Shown: positions 54,534 to 64,000 of the stretch, one piece after another | How the letters are laid out: each line of letters begins with the position of its first letter | How positions within the stretch are numbered: position 1 is the first letter of the stretch | From: Planctomycetota bacterium | Lineage (GTDB): Bacteria; Planctomycetota; UBA8108; SXIK01 | DNA length: 64,000 nt | NCBI GenBank assembly: GCA_965223845.1 | Contig: CBDCXR010000004.1 | Coordinates: forward strand, 5,984,001 to 6,048,000 | Direction of reading: 5' to 3' | The notes under the pieces: model-generated | What the model was told of the DNA's origin: nothing | The model's input: the letters and a program-made list of their open reading frames with translations, nothing else | The model's database searches: none | Translations under genes and position numbers: made by a program

Positions 54534-56024
54534 GTGGAATTCGTAGAGAGCTATCGGCCGCTAGTGGCCGTCCTCGTCTCGCTCGCCGCCGTGCCGCTCA
54601 TTGTCGCGAGCGACCGCCGCCCGAATCTGCGCGAGACGTGGACGCTGATCGCGGCGTTCGCGAAGGCCGCGCTCGTCGTCTCGATGCTCCCCTTCGTGCT
54701 CGACGACAAGATCCTCACTTGTGCTCTGTGGGAGCTCTCCCCGGACATTCGCCTCGAGCTTCGCGTCGACCCGCTCGGTTTGATCTTTGCGCTCGTTGCC
54801 AGCGTCCTCTGGGTGTTCACGTCGTTCTACTCGATCGGATACGTGCGCGGCGCGAGAGAGCACAAGCAGACGCGGTACTTCGCGAGCTTCGCCGTCTGCG
54901 TCTCGGCGACGATCGGCATCGCGTTCGCCGCGAATCTTCTCACGTTTCTCGTCTTCTTCGAGATGCTCACCTTCGCGACGTTTCCGCTCGTGATCCACAA
55001 GGAGACTCCGGTCGCGAAGGCCGCCGCGTGGAAGTACCTCGCGTACACGATCCCGGCGGGACTCTGTCTCATCACGGCGACCGCGTGGAGTGTGAGCCTC
55101 GTCGGCGACACGACGTTTCGTCCGGGAGGTTTCCTCGCCGAGAGCGGGGCGAGCTCGGGCGCGTTCGGTTGGCTGTTCCTCCTCTTCATCCTCGCCGTCG
55201 GAGTGAAGGCGGGCATCATGCCGCTTCACTCCTGGCTCCCGTCGGCGATGGCCGCACCGACTCCCGTCTCGGCGCTCCTTCACGCCGTCGCGGTGGTCAA
55301 AGCCGGAGTCTTCGGTGTTCTCCGGGTGACGGGCTACGTCTTCGGGACGGACCTCCTCCGCGAGCTCGGCGCGTGGTCAGTGCTCGCGTGGGCGGCCGGG
55401 ATCACGCTCACGGTCGCTTCGCTGCTAGCGATGCGACAGGACAACTTGAAACGCCGACTCGCCTACAGCACCGTCGGCCACCTGAGCTACATCGTCCTCG
55501 GCGCGGCTCTCCTCACCCCCGCGGCGTGGACGGGAGCGGTGCTCCACCTCCTCTTCCACGCGACGATGAAGATCACGCTCTTCTTCTGCGCCGGAGCGAT
55601 CTACGTGCGCACGCGCAAAGAGAACATCAGTCAGCTCGACGGGATCGGACGGCAGATGCCGATCACCATGGCCGCGTTCACGATCGCGAGTCTCGGGCTC
55701 GCCGGTGTACCCGGCGTGAACGGATTCCTGTCGAAGTGGTATCTCGCGCTCGGCGCTCTCGAGGCCGACCGGCAGGTGTTTCTCCTTCTGCTCGTCCTCA
55801 GCGGAGTCCTCAACGCCGCGTACTTCTTTCCCGTCATCCGCGTCGCGTTCTTTCGCTCGGGAGATGAATTCTCGCGCTTCGGCGAGGCGAGCGCGCTCAT
55901 GGTGGCGCCCCTCGCGATCACCGCATTGATTTCGGTGACTCTCGGACTCGCGCCGAATCTCGGACCGGCGGCGTTTGATCTAGCGCGTGGCATCGCGATG
56001 GCCGTCGCGGGAGGTGCACCGTGA
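54534..56024 (+). CDS. mrpD: MrpD-family proton-conducting membrane subunit (copy 2)
   Basis: WLPSAMAAPTPVSALLHAVAVVKAG, LKRRLAYST, GFLSKW. Confidence 0.88.
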   Translation: MEFVESYRPLVAVLVSLAAVPLIVASDRRPNLRETWTLIAAFAKAALVVSMLPFVLDDKILTCALWELSPDIRLELRVDPLGLIFALVASVLWVFTSFYSIGYVRGAREHKQTRYFASFAVCVSATIGIAFAANLLTFLVFFEMLTFATFPLVIHKETPVAKAAAWKYLAYTIPAGLCLITATAWSVSLVGDTTFRPGGFLAESGASSGAFGWLFLLFILAVGVKAGIMPLHSWLPSAMAAPTPVSALLHAVAVVKAGVFGVLRVTGYVFGTDLLRELGAWSVLAWAAGITLTVASLLAMRQDNLKRRLAYSTVGHLSYIVLGAALLTPAAWTGAVLHLLFHATMKITLFFCAGAIYVRTRKENISQLDGIGRQMPITMAAFTIASLGLAGVPGVNGFLSKWYLALGALEADRQVFLLLLVLSGVLNAAYFFPVIRVAFFRSGDEFSRFGEASALMVAPLAITALISVTLGLAPNLGPAAFDLARGIAMAVAGGAP

Positions 56025-56248
56025 AGCTCAAGTTCCCCGGCGCGCGTGGACTCATCGTTGCGCTCATCTGCGCTGCGATCGCTCTAGCGCTTCCCTACGT
56101 GATCCACGTCGAGCACCACGGCGGATTCTGGGAGAAGATTCCGGCGTGGTGGGCGCTCTTCGGAGCGGTCGGCTGCGTCGTGATCATCCTCGCGAGCAAG
56201 GCGCTCGGTGCGATCCTCCTTCAAAAGCCGGAAGACTGGTATGACTGA
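56021..56248 (+). CDS. Small 2-TM protein of Mrp operons
   Basis: IPAWWALFGAVGC...ASKALG...LQKPEDWYD; translationally coupled on both sides. Confidence 0.75.
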   Translation: MKLKFPGARGLIVALICAAIALALPYVIHVEHHGGFWEKIPAWWALFGAVGCVVIILASKALGAILLQKPEDWYD

Positions 56249-58151
56249 GGCGCGCCGAGCTTCGATCGCGATCGCCGTGTTCGCGGCCTTGAGTGCAGGG
56301 GGAGGTTCCCTATTCGCGGCCGACGTACCCGCCGAAACGGCCGGTGGACTCGGTCTCGCCGTGGATCCAGTCTCGCTTCCCGCCCCGGCGAGCTCGATTC
56401 CGGGCGCGGTTCCCCCGGCGCTCTTCCTTCTCGCCGGCGCCCTCGCTCTGCCCGCGCTTCCCCGCGCTCTCCGAGGGGTCGCCACCGTCCTCGTTCCCGC
56501 GGCGGCGTTCTGGTGGATCCTCGCCGAGCTCACGCCCGGCGCGACGCTCGCAGTGCCGTTTCTCGGCTACGAGCTCCAGATCGTACGCGCCGATCGACTC
56601 AGCATCGTCTTCGGCCTCATCTTCTCTGCGGTCGGGGTCATCGCCGGCGTCTACGCGCTTCACATGACCGAGCGGCGACAGCAAGTTGCCGCTCTCCTCT
56701 ACACGGCGGGAGCGCTCGGCGTGACGTTCGCGGGTGATTGGTTCACGCTCTACGCGTTCTGGGAGCTGATGGCGGTGGCGTCGACCGTTCTCATCTGGGC
56801 GCGGCGGACGGTCGACTCCGAGCGCGCGGGGACGAGGTACATCATCGTCCACCTCGCCGGCGGCGCGTTGCTCCTCGCGGGAATTCTCCTTCACGTCCAC
56901 GAGACGGGCTCCATCGCGTTCGAGCATTTCGATCCCTCCGGCGACGCGAGCGCAGGTGCGTGGTGGATCCTCATCGGCTTCGCCGTCAACGCGGCGATTC
57001 CACCGCTCGGCGCTTGGCTTCCCGACAGCTATCCGCGCGCCACGGTGACGGGCGCCGTGTTCTGTTCGGCGCTCACGACGAAGACGGCGGTGTACGCACT
57101 CATCCGCGGATTCCACGGCTGGGAGATCCTCGTCGTCGCGGGAGTGGTGATGGCGCTCTACGGCGTCGTCTACGCCGTTCTCGCGAACGATATCCGCGAG
57201 CTTCTCGCGTACCACATCATCTCGCAGGTCGGTTACATGGTCGCCGGCGTCGGACTGGGTTCCGAGCTCGCTCTCAACGGCGCGGTCGCGCACGCCGTGT
57301 GTCACATCCTCTATAAGTCCGTCCTCTTCATGGGCTGCGGCGCGGTGATCGAGACGACGGGCCGCTCGAAGCTGACGGAGCTCGGAGGATTTCTCAAACG
57401 GCAGAAACTGATCTTCGCGCTCTACATGATCGGCGCGTTCTCGATTTCGGGCTTTCCGCTTTGGAATGGGTTCATCTCAAAGTCGATGGTCACCGCGGCG
57501 GCGCACGAGGTGCACGTCGACTGGGCGTTTCTTCTCCTCATGCTCGCCTCGGTGGGAACGTTCCTTCACACCGGGCTCAAGCTCCCCCACGGCATCTGGT
57601 TCGGCGAGGACAAGGGGATCGCGCCGCGCCGCGCGCCGGCGAACATGCTCGCGGCGCTGGCGCTTGGCGGGGCGCTCTGCACTCTCCTCGGCGTTTGGCC
57701 CGCCCTTCTCTACGCTTTCTTGCCGTTCGAAGTGCGCTGGGAGCCGTACACCGCCGCGCACGTCATCGAGATGGTGCAGATCCTCCTCTTTACGTTCTTT
57801 GCGTTCTACCTCTTCATCCCGAAGCTGAAGGGAGAGCCGACGATCTCGATGGACACGGACGTCGTCTATCGAAAGCCGGCCCCCGCGGCGCGAGCGGTGT
57901 TCGTCGATGCCCCCGCGGTGGCGTTCGCGGCGATCGAGCGGATCGCGCTCGCCGTCGCGCGCCGACTCGACTCGCTTCTTCGCGATCCCACGCGCGGGAT
58001 CCCCGGCGTACCCCGCGCCGTCGAGGGCGACGAGGATGGCTACGACGAAGATCGCTGTCGCCGGCCGCTCGGTGTTTCGCTCGCGCTCACGCTTCTCGCC
58101 TTTGCGGCCCTCGCGGCGTGGTCGCTCGTCGCCGCGACCTCGGGTAGGTGA
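56241..58151 (+). CDS. mrpD: MrpD/MrpA-like proton-conducting membrane subunit (copy 3)
   Basis: FWELMAVAS, WLPDSYPRAT, TTKTAVY, LLAYHIISQVGYM, NGFISKSM. Confidence 0.88.
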   Translation: MTEARRASIAIAVFAALSAGGGSLFAADVPAETAGGLGLAVDPVSLPAPASSIPGAVPPALFLLAGALALPALPRALRGVATVLVPAAAFWWILAELTPGATLAVPFLGYELQIVRADRLSIVFGLIFSAVGVIAGVYALHMTERRQQVAALLYTAGALGVTFAGDWFTLYAFWELMAVASTVLIWARRTVDSERAGTRYIIVHLAGGALLLAGILLHVHETGSIAFEHFDPSGDASAGAWWILIGFAVNAAIPPLGAWLPDSYPRATVTGAVFCSALTTKTAVYALIRGFHGWEILVVAGVVMALYGVVYAVLANDIRELLAYHIISQVGYMVAGVGLGSELALNGAVAHAVCHILYKSVLFMGCGAVIETTGRSKLTELGGFLKRQKLIFALYMIGAFSISGFPLWNGFISKSMVTAAAHEVHVDWAFLLLMLASVGTFLHTGLKLPHGIWFGEDKGIAPRRAPANMLAALALGGALCTLLGVWPALLYAFLPFEVRWEPYTAAHVIEMVQILLFTFFAFYLFIPKLKGEPTISMDTDVVYRKPAPAARAVFVDAPAVAFAAIERIALAVARRLDSLLRDPTRGIPGVPRAVEGDEDGYDEDRCRRPLGVSLALTLLAFAALAAWSLVAATSGR

Positions 58152-58402
58152 TTGTTTCGCCCGCGGTCCTGCGCTTGCCCTCATCTGCGCAGAACATCCG
58201 ACTCATCTCTCGTCCACGAATAGACGGCGTACTCCGTTTCACCGCCTGAACGACAGCGGAAACGCGTTTGCAAGGACGAGTCCGAGAGATAACGTAGAGG
58301 TTCGGGCCGAGACTGAATCCCAAGCGGGCTTGACGATCAGGCGGGGGGCTGAGTGGATCAGCACGGCGGCGGGCACCGCGCGTGCGCAACCCGGGCGTAG
58401 AC

Positions 58403-61400
58403 ATGATGCGTTGTTCGTGGGCATTGCCGGCGGCGCGGTGGCGCGGCGTCGTCGGAGCCGGAATCGTGGCTGCCGCCGCCGCGATTCTCTCCGGCTGCTA
58501 CGGAACGGTCGGCATCGTCGTCGCCGTGCTTCTCGACGACCCACCGGACGGGCCCGAAAACGCGACGGTGATCCTCCGCTCCGCGGCTCCCGTCGTCGAC
58601 GCCGACTCGTGCACGGACACGCTCGAGAGTCGGCTCGATCTCGACCGGGAGAGCGATGGCGCGCTCGTCTACACCACGAGCCCGATCCTCATCCGATTCT
58701 GTGTCGTCTCGAAGGACAGCGACAGCGAAGTTCGCATCAGCTATCGCATCCTCCAGGTGGAGTCCCCGCGGAACGCCGAGAGCGCCCTCGTCGGCCAGGT
58801 GCGAACGATCTCAAAGGCGGGGCGAAGGACCGGGTGCGACGACGTACACACGCTCGAGTGGAACGCGCGCGAAGCGTTCGCGGCCCTCGGAGTTTCTCGC
58901 GCGCGAGTGCAAATCATCGGAAGGGCACGCGGTTCGTCGGACGATCTGCCGCCGTTCTGGCTCGACTTGACCGAGCCTCCCGCCGTCGTGTCGGATCCGA
59001 TCCTCCGCCTCGGAACGGTCGACGAACCGGGAGAGCCGATGCGGGACGCGATCTACGGCGAAGCCCACGTCCGGCTTGAGCTCGGAGGCGGCGATCCTGA
59101 TACCGGAGCGCCTCGCGCGGCGCTCTTCTTCGCGCCGGACGGAGTGGGACCCTGCCCCGAGTTCTGCGCGGAAGACCTCGTCGCGCTCTCGAGCGAGCCC
59201 GTGACGACCGAAGACGAGGATCCGGCCGAGCCGCTCGAGCTCTTCGCGGAGTTCGATTCCGCTGAGGTTTCCGAATCGCGGGCGCGCGGCCATCTCGTCG
59301 TCGTTCCGTTCAGTACGCGGGTCGGTGAACCGAGGTGCATTCCGATCGAGATCGACAACCGGGTGCCGCGGTTCGAGGTGATCGCGCCGTCGTCGGCGCT
59401 CGCGGGGGTCGTCGGCGTCGCCGTGCGCGTCGAGCATCGCTCCGTTCCCGAGGCCGATTACCTTCTTCGCGCGGTCGACGTCGTCGCGCTCGATCCCGCC
59501 GGCGAGCCGAGCGAAGAGTTTCCCGCGACGCCGGCGCTCGGCGGGCGCAACGAGTTCTTCGCCGACGTCGACGCGGCCTGCGCGGCCGAGCCGGACCCGT
59601 TTCGATCTTCGCGAAAGCCACGCACATACGTGTGGAACGCACCTCGCGACGTGGACGCTTGGCTCGCCCGTGGCGGCGCCGTCGTGCCGCCGGCGACACT
59701 TCGCGTCACGATCGAGAACCAGTCGACCGGACGCATCTTCGCGCGTGAGTCGAACGTGATGACCTACGGCCGCGAACGCGTCGGGACGGTCGCCGGCGGC
59801 GGATCGCAGGCGAACACCTGCGCGGGAAAGATCACTTTTTCTTCCGTCGCGGACGTCGCGTTTGCGAACGGCTCGGTGTTTGCGGCCGACGACGTGCGGC
59901 AGACGATTCACCAGTTCGAGCTCTCGTTCGACTGCGCGGCGGACGAGCCGATCGCCTGTCAGCTCGCGCTCGCCGAGCCGATCCGGGTGTTCGCCGGGGA
60001 CGGGTTTCGAGGCTTCGACGCCGGTTCTCTGCCGGCGACGCTCGCGAGCTTCGATACGCCGTCCGGCCTCGCGGCCGCGCCCGACGGACGCATTTACATC
60101 GCCGACTCGGGGAACGACCGCGTTCGCTTCGTCGATCCGGAGACGCAGTTCCTCGAGAGCTTTCCACCGAGTGGCGGAGTGCGCTTCGATCGTCCGCGCG
60201 ATGTTGCGGTCGTGGCGCCGGATCCCGCGACACCCGGGCGTTACTTCGTCTACGTTGCCGACACGGGAGGAAACCGCGTCGTCCGCATCGATCCCCTCGA
60301 GCTCGAACCACCGGAGGTGGCCGCGACTCTCGCGGCTCCGCGAAGTCTCGCGGGGCGAGTGGAGGCTGGCGAGGTCGCTCTCTACGTCGCCGAATCGGCC
60401 GCGGACGATGCCGTCGCGTCGAGCTGCGGTCCGGCGACCGCGGGAAGCGGTCGCGTGGTTCGTATCGCGCGGGCGGCGGGCGGGACGTACTCGTGCGAAG
60501 CCGTTGCGGACTTTCCGAGTCCGATCGCGGTCGCGGTAGCGGGCGAGACTTTGTTCGTCGCCGATGAAGCGCGCCGCAACGTCTTTCGAGTTGGGGCGGA
60601 CGGGACGATCGAGGCGATCTTCGCCGACTTACCCGCGCTCGTCGAGGGCTTCGCGTGTGCACCGGAGAGCGGCGGTGGGGTTCGACTTTCGTGGGACGTC
60701 GATGACCCGAGCGCGCGAGTTCTGATCTCGCGCGATCCGGGATTCCCGGACGCACCGACGCGCGTTGCCGAGCTGGGCGCGGGAGGATTCGAGGACGCGG
60801 ATGCGCCGCCCGGAGTTTACACGTACTCGGTTCAGCGAATCGGTCCGCCGATCGCGGCGATCGACTGTGACGCGGAAGCGGCCGAACTCGCGAGCATCGG
60901 CGAGGCCGTCACCTGCCTCGCTGAGGTCGCCCCTCGTCCCGTCCGAGATCTCTCGTGCGCTCGCGCCGCAAGCGCGGCAGAGCTCACCTGGACGAACGAC
61001 GGCGTCTACGACGAGATCCGCATCGTCCGCCGTGATTCGCGTGGAGTCGTGAGCGAAGTCGTCGTGCCGGGGGACGCGGCTCGCTACGTCGATTCGACGG
61101 CGACCCGGCTGGGCGCGAGCTACTCCCTTCGCGGAGTGCGGGCGGAGGTCGCGAGCGACGCCGTCGACTGCGAGTTGACCGAGGACAAGCCTCCCGCGCC
61201 GTCGAGTCTCGTCTGCATCGCCGGTGCGACATCGGTCGAGCTGGCGTGGATGAACGCCGCGGAATACGACCGCCTGACCATCCGCCGGGAGTCGTCCGGA
61301 AGAGACGACGTCACGCTGCGGCTGCCGGGGAGCGTCGAGAGCTACATCGACGCGGCAGTCCCGCCCGGTGCCCAGCGGTACTTCGTCGCGGGTTCGATCG

Positions 61401-63319
61401 ATGGCATCGAGTCGGACGAGACGAGCTGCGAAGTCGTCGTGGACGCGTCGACACCGAGCGTTCGCGATCTCGCCATCGACGAGATCGGCGCGGAGGGTAC
61501 CGTCCGGCTGCGCTGGTCGAATGCGCCCGGCGGCTACGATTCCATACTCCTCAATCGCTTCCCGCCGCTCCCCGGCGGGAGTCGCGTGCTGGACGGAGAG
61601 AGTGAAGCATTCGAAGACGTCGGCGCCGAACCGAATCTCTACCGCTATCGCGTCGAAGGGATCCGCGGGTCTGAGCGGAGTGTCCCGGTCTCGGTGCGTC
61701 TCGTGTGGCCGGTCGAGAATCTCGCCTGCCGGGGTGACGAGGAAGTCGAGCTCCGGTGGTCGAACCCGAGCTCGTTTTCGTACGACTCGATCGTCGTCAC
61801 CGCGGAGAGCAGCTCCGGGAGGACGCTCGTCTACAACTTGCCGGGGAGTCACGAATCGATCACTCACTTCCGTACGCCCACGGACGCGTTCACGTACATC
61901 GTGCGCGGTGTCGAGAGCGGAGAGTCGAGTCCGGACGCGACCTGCGTGCTCGCGGCGAACGCCGCTCGGGGTCGCGCCGGTGGGATGGACGTCGACCCGA
62001 ATGCGGCACGCCGCATCGAGCCGCGTGGTCTCGCGGCGGGGCCGTGCGACACCCTTCTCATCGCGATCGGATCGTCGGATCCACTCGCTCGCCGTCAAGT
62101 TCTCGTCTGGGACGATGCCCGCCGCTCGCTCGCGCGTCTCGCCGGTCTCACCACGGTGCGCATCGAAGAGATCGAGCGCCCCGGTGAGACGATCCCGATC
62201 TTTACCTGCGAAGACATCGGCGACGGCGCGATCGAGATCGCTCCGATCGACGAAGAAACCGCTGCTCCGAGCGCACTTCCGATCGCCGCGACGGAGGCGG
62301 AGCTCGCCGAGCCGGCGCGCCTCGCGCTCGAGTCCGCGGAGAGCGGAGAAACGGTTGCCGTCTACGTCTCCGACGCTCCGCAGAGCCGCGTCGTCCGCGC
62401 CGACGGTTGCACTGGAGTCCTCACGGAGTTTGCGGCCGTCGACTCGCCCGGTTCGATCGCGACGGACGGTCGTGGCTCGGTGTACGTCGTTGCTTCGAGC
62501 GGTGGGAGGCGCGTCGTGCGCGTGCTTCCCGGGGATTCGGTGCTCGAGTTCGCCGAGCAGCCGGTGGGGCCGGTCCACATCGCCTGGGATCCCCTCCGTG
62601 AGCGCCTTTGCTACGCGACCGATTGGACCTTTGGATGCTTCGACGGCGAACGGGCGGTGTCGCGCCGGTACTCGCTCACCTACACGCCGAGCCGTGGCGG
62701 CGCGCTCGAGGTCGAAGCGGTCGCGGCGCGCGTCGATGCCCTCGCCATCGACCGTGCCGGAGATTTCGCGATCGCGGGACGATACTCGGTCCGGATCACG
62801 GATGTTGAGCTCGGCGTCCACACCGTCGCGGCGGACGTTCGCGTCATCGGGATCGACGGCGATGCGATCGACACTCCGGGTGAGATGACCGCGCGCGATT
62901 TCGTTCGCGGCACCTACGCGTCGACCTGTGATCTCGTGGAGGAGTCGCGGCGAGACTTTCCGAGCGTCGTCGAGGTGCGCGGGCTCGCGTTTCTCCCCGG
63001 CGGCGACCTCGTGCTTGCCGAGCGGACGGCGGAGGGCCAAAGCTTCGTGTACCTCGTGAGCGCGGAGAGCTTCGCGGCCGGCCGGCCGGAACGAAGCCTC
63101 ATCGCGGGCGGCGCGCTCAGTCCTGCGGATCCACGGGAGCTCATCGGAGTCGACGCCGACGGCAGCGACGCGCGGGTGACGCTGATCCCCGAGCTCTCCG
63201 ATCTCGAGACGGATGCTCTCGGAAATGTCTACTTCACCCAGCTCGGGGGACGGCGCGTGCGGCGGTTTTCGCCCGATGTGTCGATCGCAGGCGAAGAAGA
63301 GGGCGGCGATGAACCCTGA
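58403..63319 (+). CDS. Giant predicted lipoprotein with NHL-type propeller repeats and about five Fn3-like repeats
   Basis: Lipobox-like ILSGC; NHL motifs (PSGLAAAPDGRIYIADSGNDRVR, YVADTGGNRV); repeated V.DL.C...L.W.N...YD.I units. Start could be 58382. Confidence 0.75.
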   Translation: MMRCSWALPAARWRGVVGAGIVAAAAAILSGCYGTVGIVVAVLLDDPPDGPENATVILRSAAPVVDADSCTDTLESRLDLDRESDGALVYTTSPILIRFCVVSKDSDSEVRISYRILQVESPRNAESALVGQVRTISKAGRRTGCDDVHTLEWNAREAFAALGVSRARVQIIGRARGSSDDLPPFWLDLTEPPAVVSDPILRLGTVDEPGEPMRDAIYGEAHVRLELGGGDPDTGAPRAALFFAPDGVGPCPEFCAEDLVALSSEPVTTEDEDPAEPLELFAEFDSAEVSESRARGHLVVVPFSTRVGEPRCIPIEIDNRVPRFEVIAPSSALAGVVGVAVRVEHRSVPEADYLLRAVDVVALDPAGEPSEEFPATPALGGRNEFFADVDAACAAEPDPFRSSRKPRTYVWNAPRDVDAWLARGGAVVPPATLRVTIENQSTGRIFARESNVMTYGRERVGTVAGGGSQANTCAGKITFSSVADVAFANGSVFAADDVRQTIHQFELSFDCAADEPIACQLALAEPIRVFAGDGFRGFDAGSLPATLASFDTPSGLAAAPDGRIYIADSGNDRVRFVDPETQFLESFPPSGGVRFDRPRDVAVVAPDPATPGRYFVYVADTGGNRVVRIDPLELEPPEVAATLAAPRSLAGRVEAGEVALYVAESAADDAVASSCGPATAGSGRVVRIARAAGGTYSCEAVADFPSPIAVAVAGETLFVADEARRNVFRVGADGTIEAIFADLPALVEGFACAPESGGGVRLSWDVDDPSARVLISRDPGFPDAPTRVAELGAGGFEDADAPPGVYTYSVQRIGPPIAAIDCDAEAAELASIGEAVTCLAEVAPRPVRDLSCARAASAAELTWTNDGVYDEIRIVRRDSRGVVSEVVVPGDAARYVDSTATRLGASYSLRGVRAEVASDAVDCELTEDKPPAPSSLVCIAGATSVELAWMNAAEYDRLTIRRESSGRDDVTLRLPGSVESYIDAAVPPGAQRYFVAGSIDGIESDETSCEVVVDASTPSVRDLAIDEIGAEGTVRLRWSNAPGGYDSILLNRFPPLPGGSRVLDGESEAFEDVGAEPNLYRYRVEGIRGSERSVPVSVRLVWPVENLACRGDEEVELRWSNPSSFSYDSIVVTAESSSGRTLVYNLPGSHESITHFRTPTDAFTYIVRGVESGESSPDATCVLAANAARGRAGGMDVDPNAARRIEPRGLAAGPCDTLLIAIGSSDPLARRQVLVWDDARRSLARLAGLTTVRIEEIERPGETIPIFTCEDIGDGAIEIAPIDEETAAPSALPIAATEAELAEPARLALESAESGETVAVYVSDAPQSRVVRADGCTGVLTEFAAVDSPGSIATDGRGSVYVVASSGGRRVVRVLPGDSVLEFAEQPVGPVHIAWDPLRERLCYATDWTFGCFDGERAVSRRYSLTYTPSRGGALEVEAVAARVDALAIDRAGDFAIAGRYSVRITDVELGVHTVAADVRVIGIDGDAIDTPGEMTARDFVRGTYASTCDLVEESRRDFPSVVEVRGLAFLPGGDLVLAERTAEGQSFVYLVSAESFAAGRPERSLIAGGALSPADPRELIGVDADGSDARVTLIPELSDLETDALGNVYFTQLGGRRVRRFSPDVSIAGEEEGGDEP

Positions 63320-63343
63320 ACGATCGCACGAGAGAGGTTCGCG

Positions 63344-64000
63344 ATGATCTCTGCAGAAGCTCTGGACGACCTCGTCTACCAGATCAAGAACCGCGAGCTC
63401 GTTCCGGTCGTCGGCCCTGAGCTTCTCGTCGTCGAGTGGGAAGGTCGCGAGCGGCGTCTCTACGATGTCATCGCGGATCACCTCATCGATAAGCTTCGCA
63501 TCGATCGCGCGGCCCTGAAGATTCGTCCGACGCTCAGCGAGGTGGCCGCCGAGTATCTCGTGCGGCAGCCGCGCGGGAGAGGAAAGCTCAATCTCGCGAT
63601 CCAGCGCTTCCTCGACGAAACGTCGTTCGAGGTTCCCACGCCGCTCCGCCGGCTCGCGGAGATCACCGACTTCAGTCTCTTCGTCTCGACGACGTTCGAC
63701 GGGCTCCTCGAGCACGCTCTCAACGAGGTGCGCTACGGCGGCGAAGACCGCACGATCCGCGGCGCCTACGCGATTCGTACGCAGGCCGACGACATGCCGG
63801 ACGACATCCCCGAGCTCCACGCGTCGTCGGAAGCCCATGTCTACCGCCTGTTCGGCCGGATCTCGAAGCACGAGGACCAGGTCATCCTCGATCGGGACGC
63901 GCTCGAGTTCTTCTCCCGCCTCCACGAGCCGCGGCAGAGACCGCAAAACCTGTTCGATCTCCTTCGCGATCAGCAGCTTCTCATCCTCGGCTGCAACTAT
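63344..64000 (+). CDS. SIR2-like (SIR2_2-type) domain protein, 3'-truncated; resembles SIR2-TIR proteins of STAND-associated conflict systems
   Basis: Manual translation is open for 219 codons to the window end: MISAEALDDLVYQIKNRELVPVVGPELL...LRRLAEITDFSLFVSTTFDGLLEHAL...VYRLFGRIS...LFDLLRDQQLLILGCNY; AGAGG RBS upstream. Confidence 0.75.
   Translation, partial: MISAEALDDLVYQIKNRELVPVVGPELLVVEWEGRERRLYDVIADHLIDKLRIDRAALKIRPTLSEVAAEYLVRQPRGRGKLNLAIQRFLDETSFEVPTPLRRLAEITDFSLFVSTTFDGLLEHALNEVRYGGEDRTIRGAYAIRTQADDMPDDIPELHASSEAHVYRLFGRISKHEDQVILDRDALEFFSRLHEPRQRPQNLFDLLRDQQLLILGCNY

Noticed and set aside
60629-63946. 1105-aa minus-strand ORF
   Set aside because: Antisense to the lipoprotein and SIR2-like genes; no recognisable motifs.

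Overview
High-GC bacterial DNA (roughly 65-70% by eye), most likely from a Planctomycetota genome. This is inferred from two proteins ending in the FxRxDxN dockerin-like domain, a membrane-anchored PQQ-like beta-propeller and an AsmA-like protein. The main content, in order: (i) a lower-GC alpha/beta-hydrolase gene at the left edge; (ii) yceH and a minus-strand AsmA-like/PQQ-propeller/ABC-exporter group containing a REP-like hairpin; (iii) a compact two-gene hybrid PKS-NRPS, KS-AT-ACP-aminotransferase-C-A(Gly)-T plus docking-C-A(Gly)-degenerate KR-T-TE(Cys), followed by an acyltransferase-3 gene; (iv) an AlkP-family enzyme, a sirtuin and an MCP/TonB-receptor/YfiR operon; (v) a YugP-like peptidase and a 2143-aa NHL/IPT/PKD/subtilase/dockerin-like protein; (vi) a candidate 6S-like RNA; (vii) a bufferin-type MNIO (DUF692/DUF2063) RiPP locus whose precursor is a Tat-lipoprotein with four Cys-rich repeats; (viii) phoD, a metzincin-dockerin protein and maf; (ix) a fragmented Mrp/Mnh antiporter operon; (x) a giant NHL/Fn3 lipoprotein and, running off the right edge, a SIR2-like ORF missing from the ORF track. 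No rRNA, tRNA, CRISPR array or transposase was recognised. All calls come from motif reading by eye; no searches were run.
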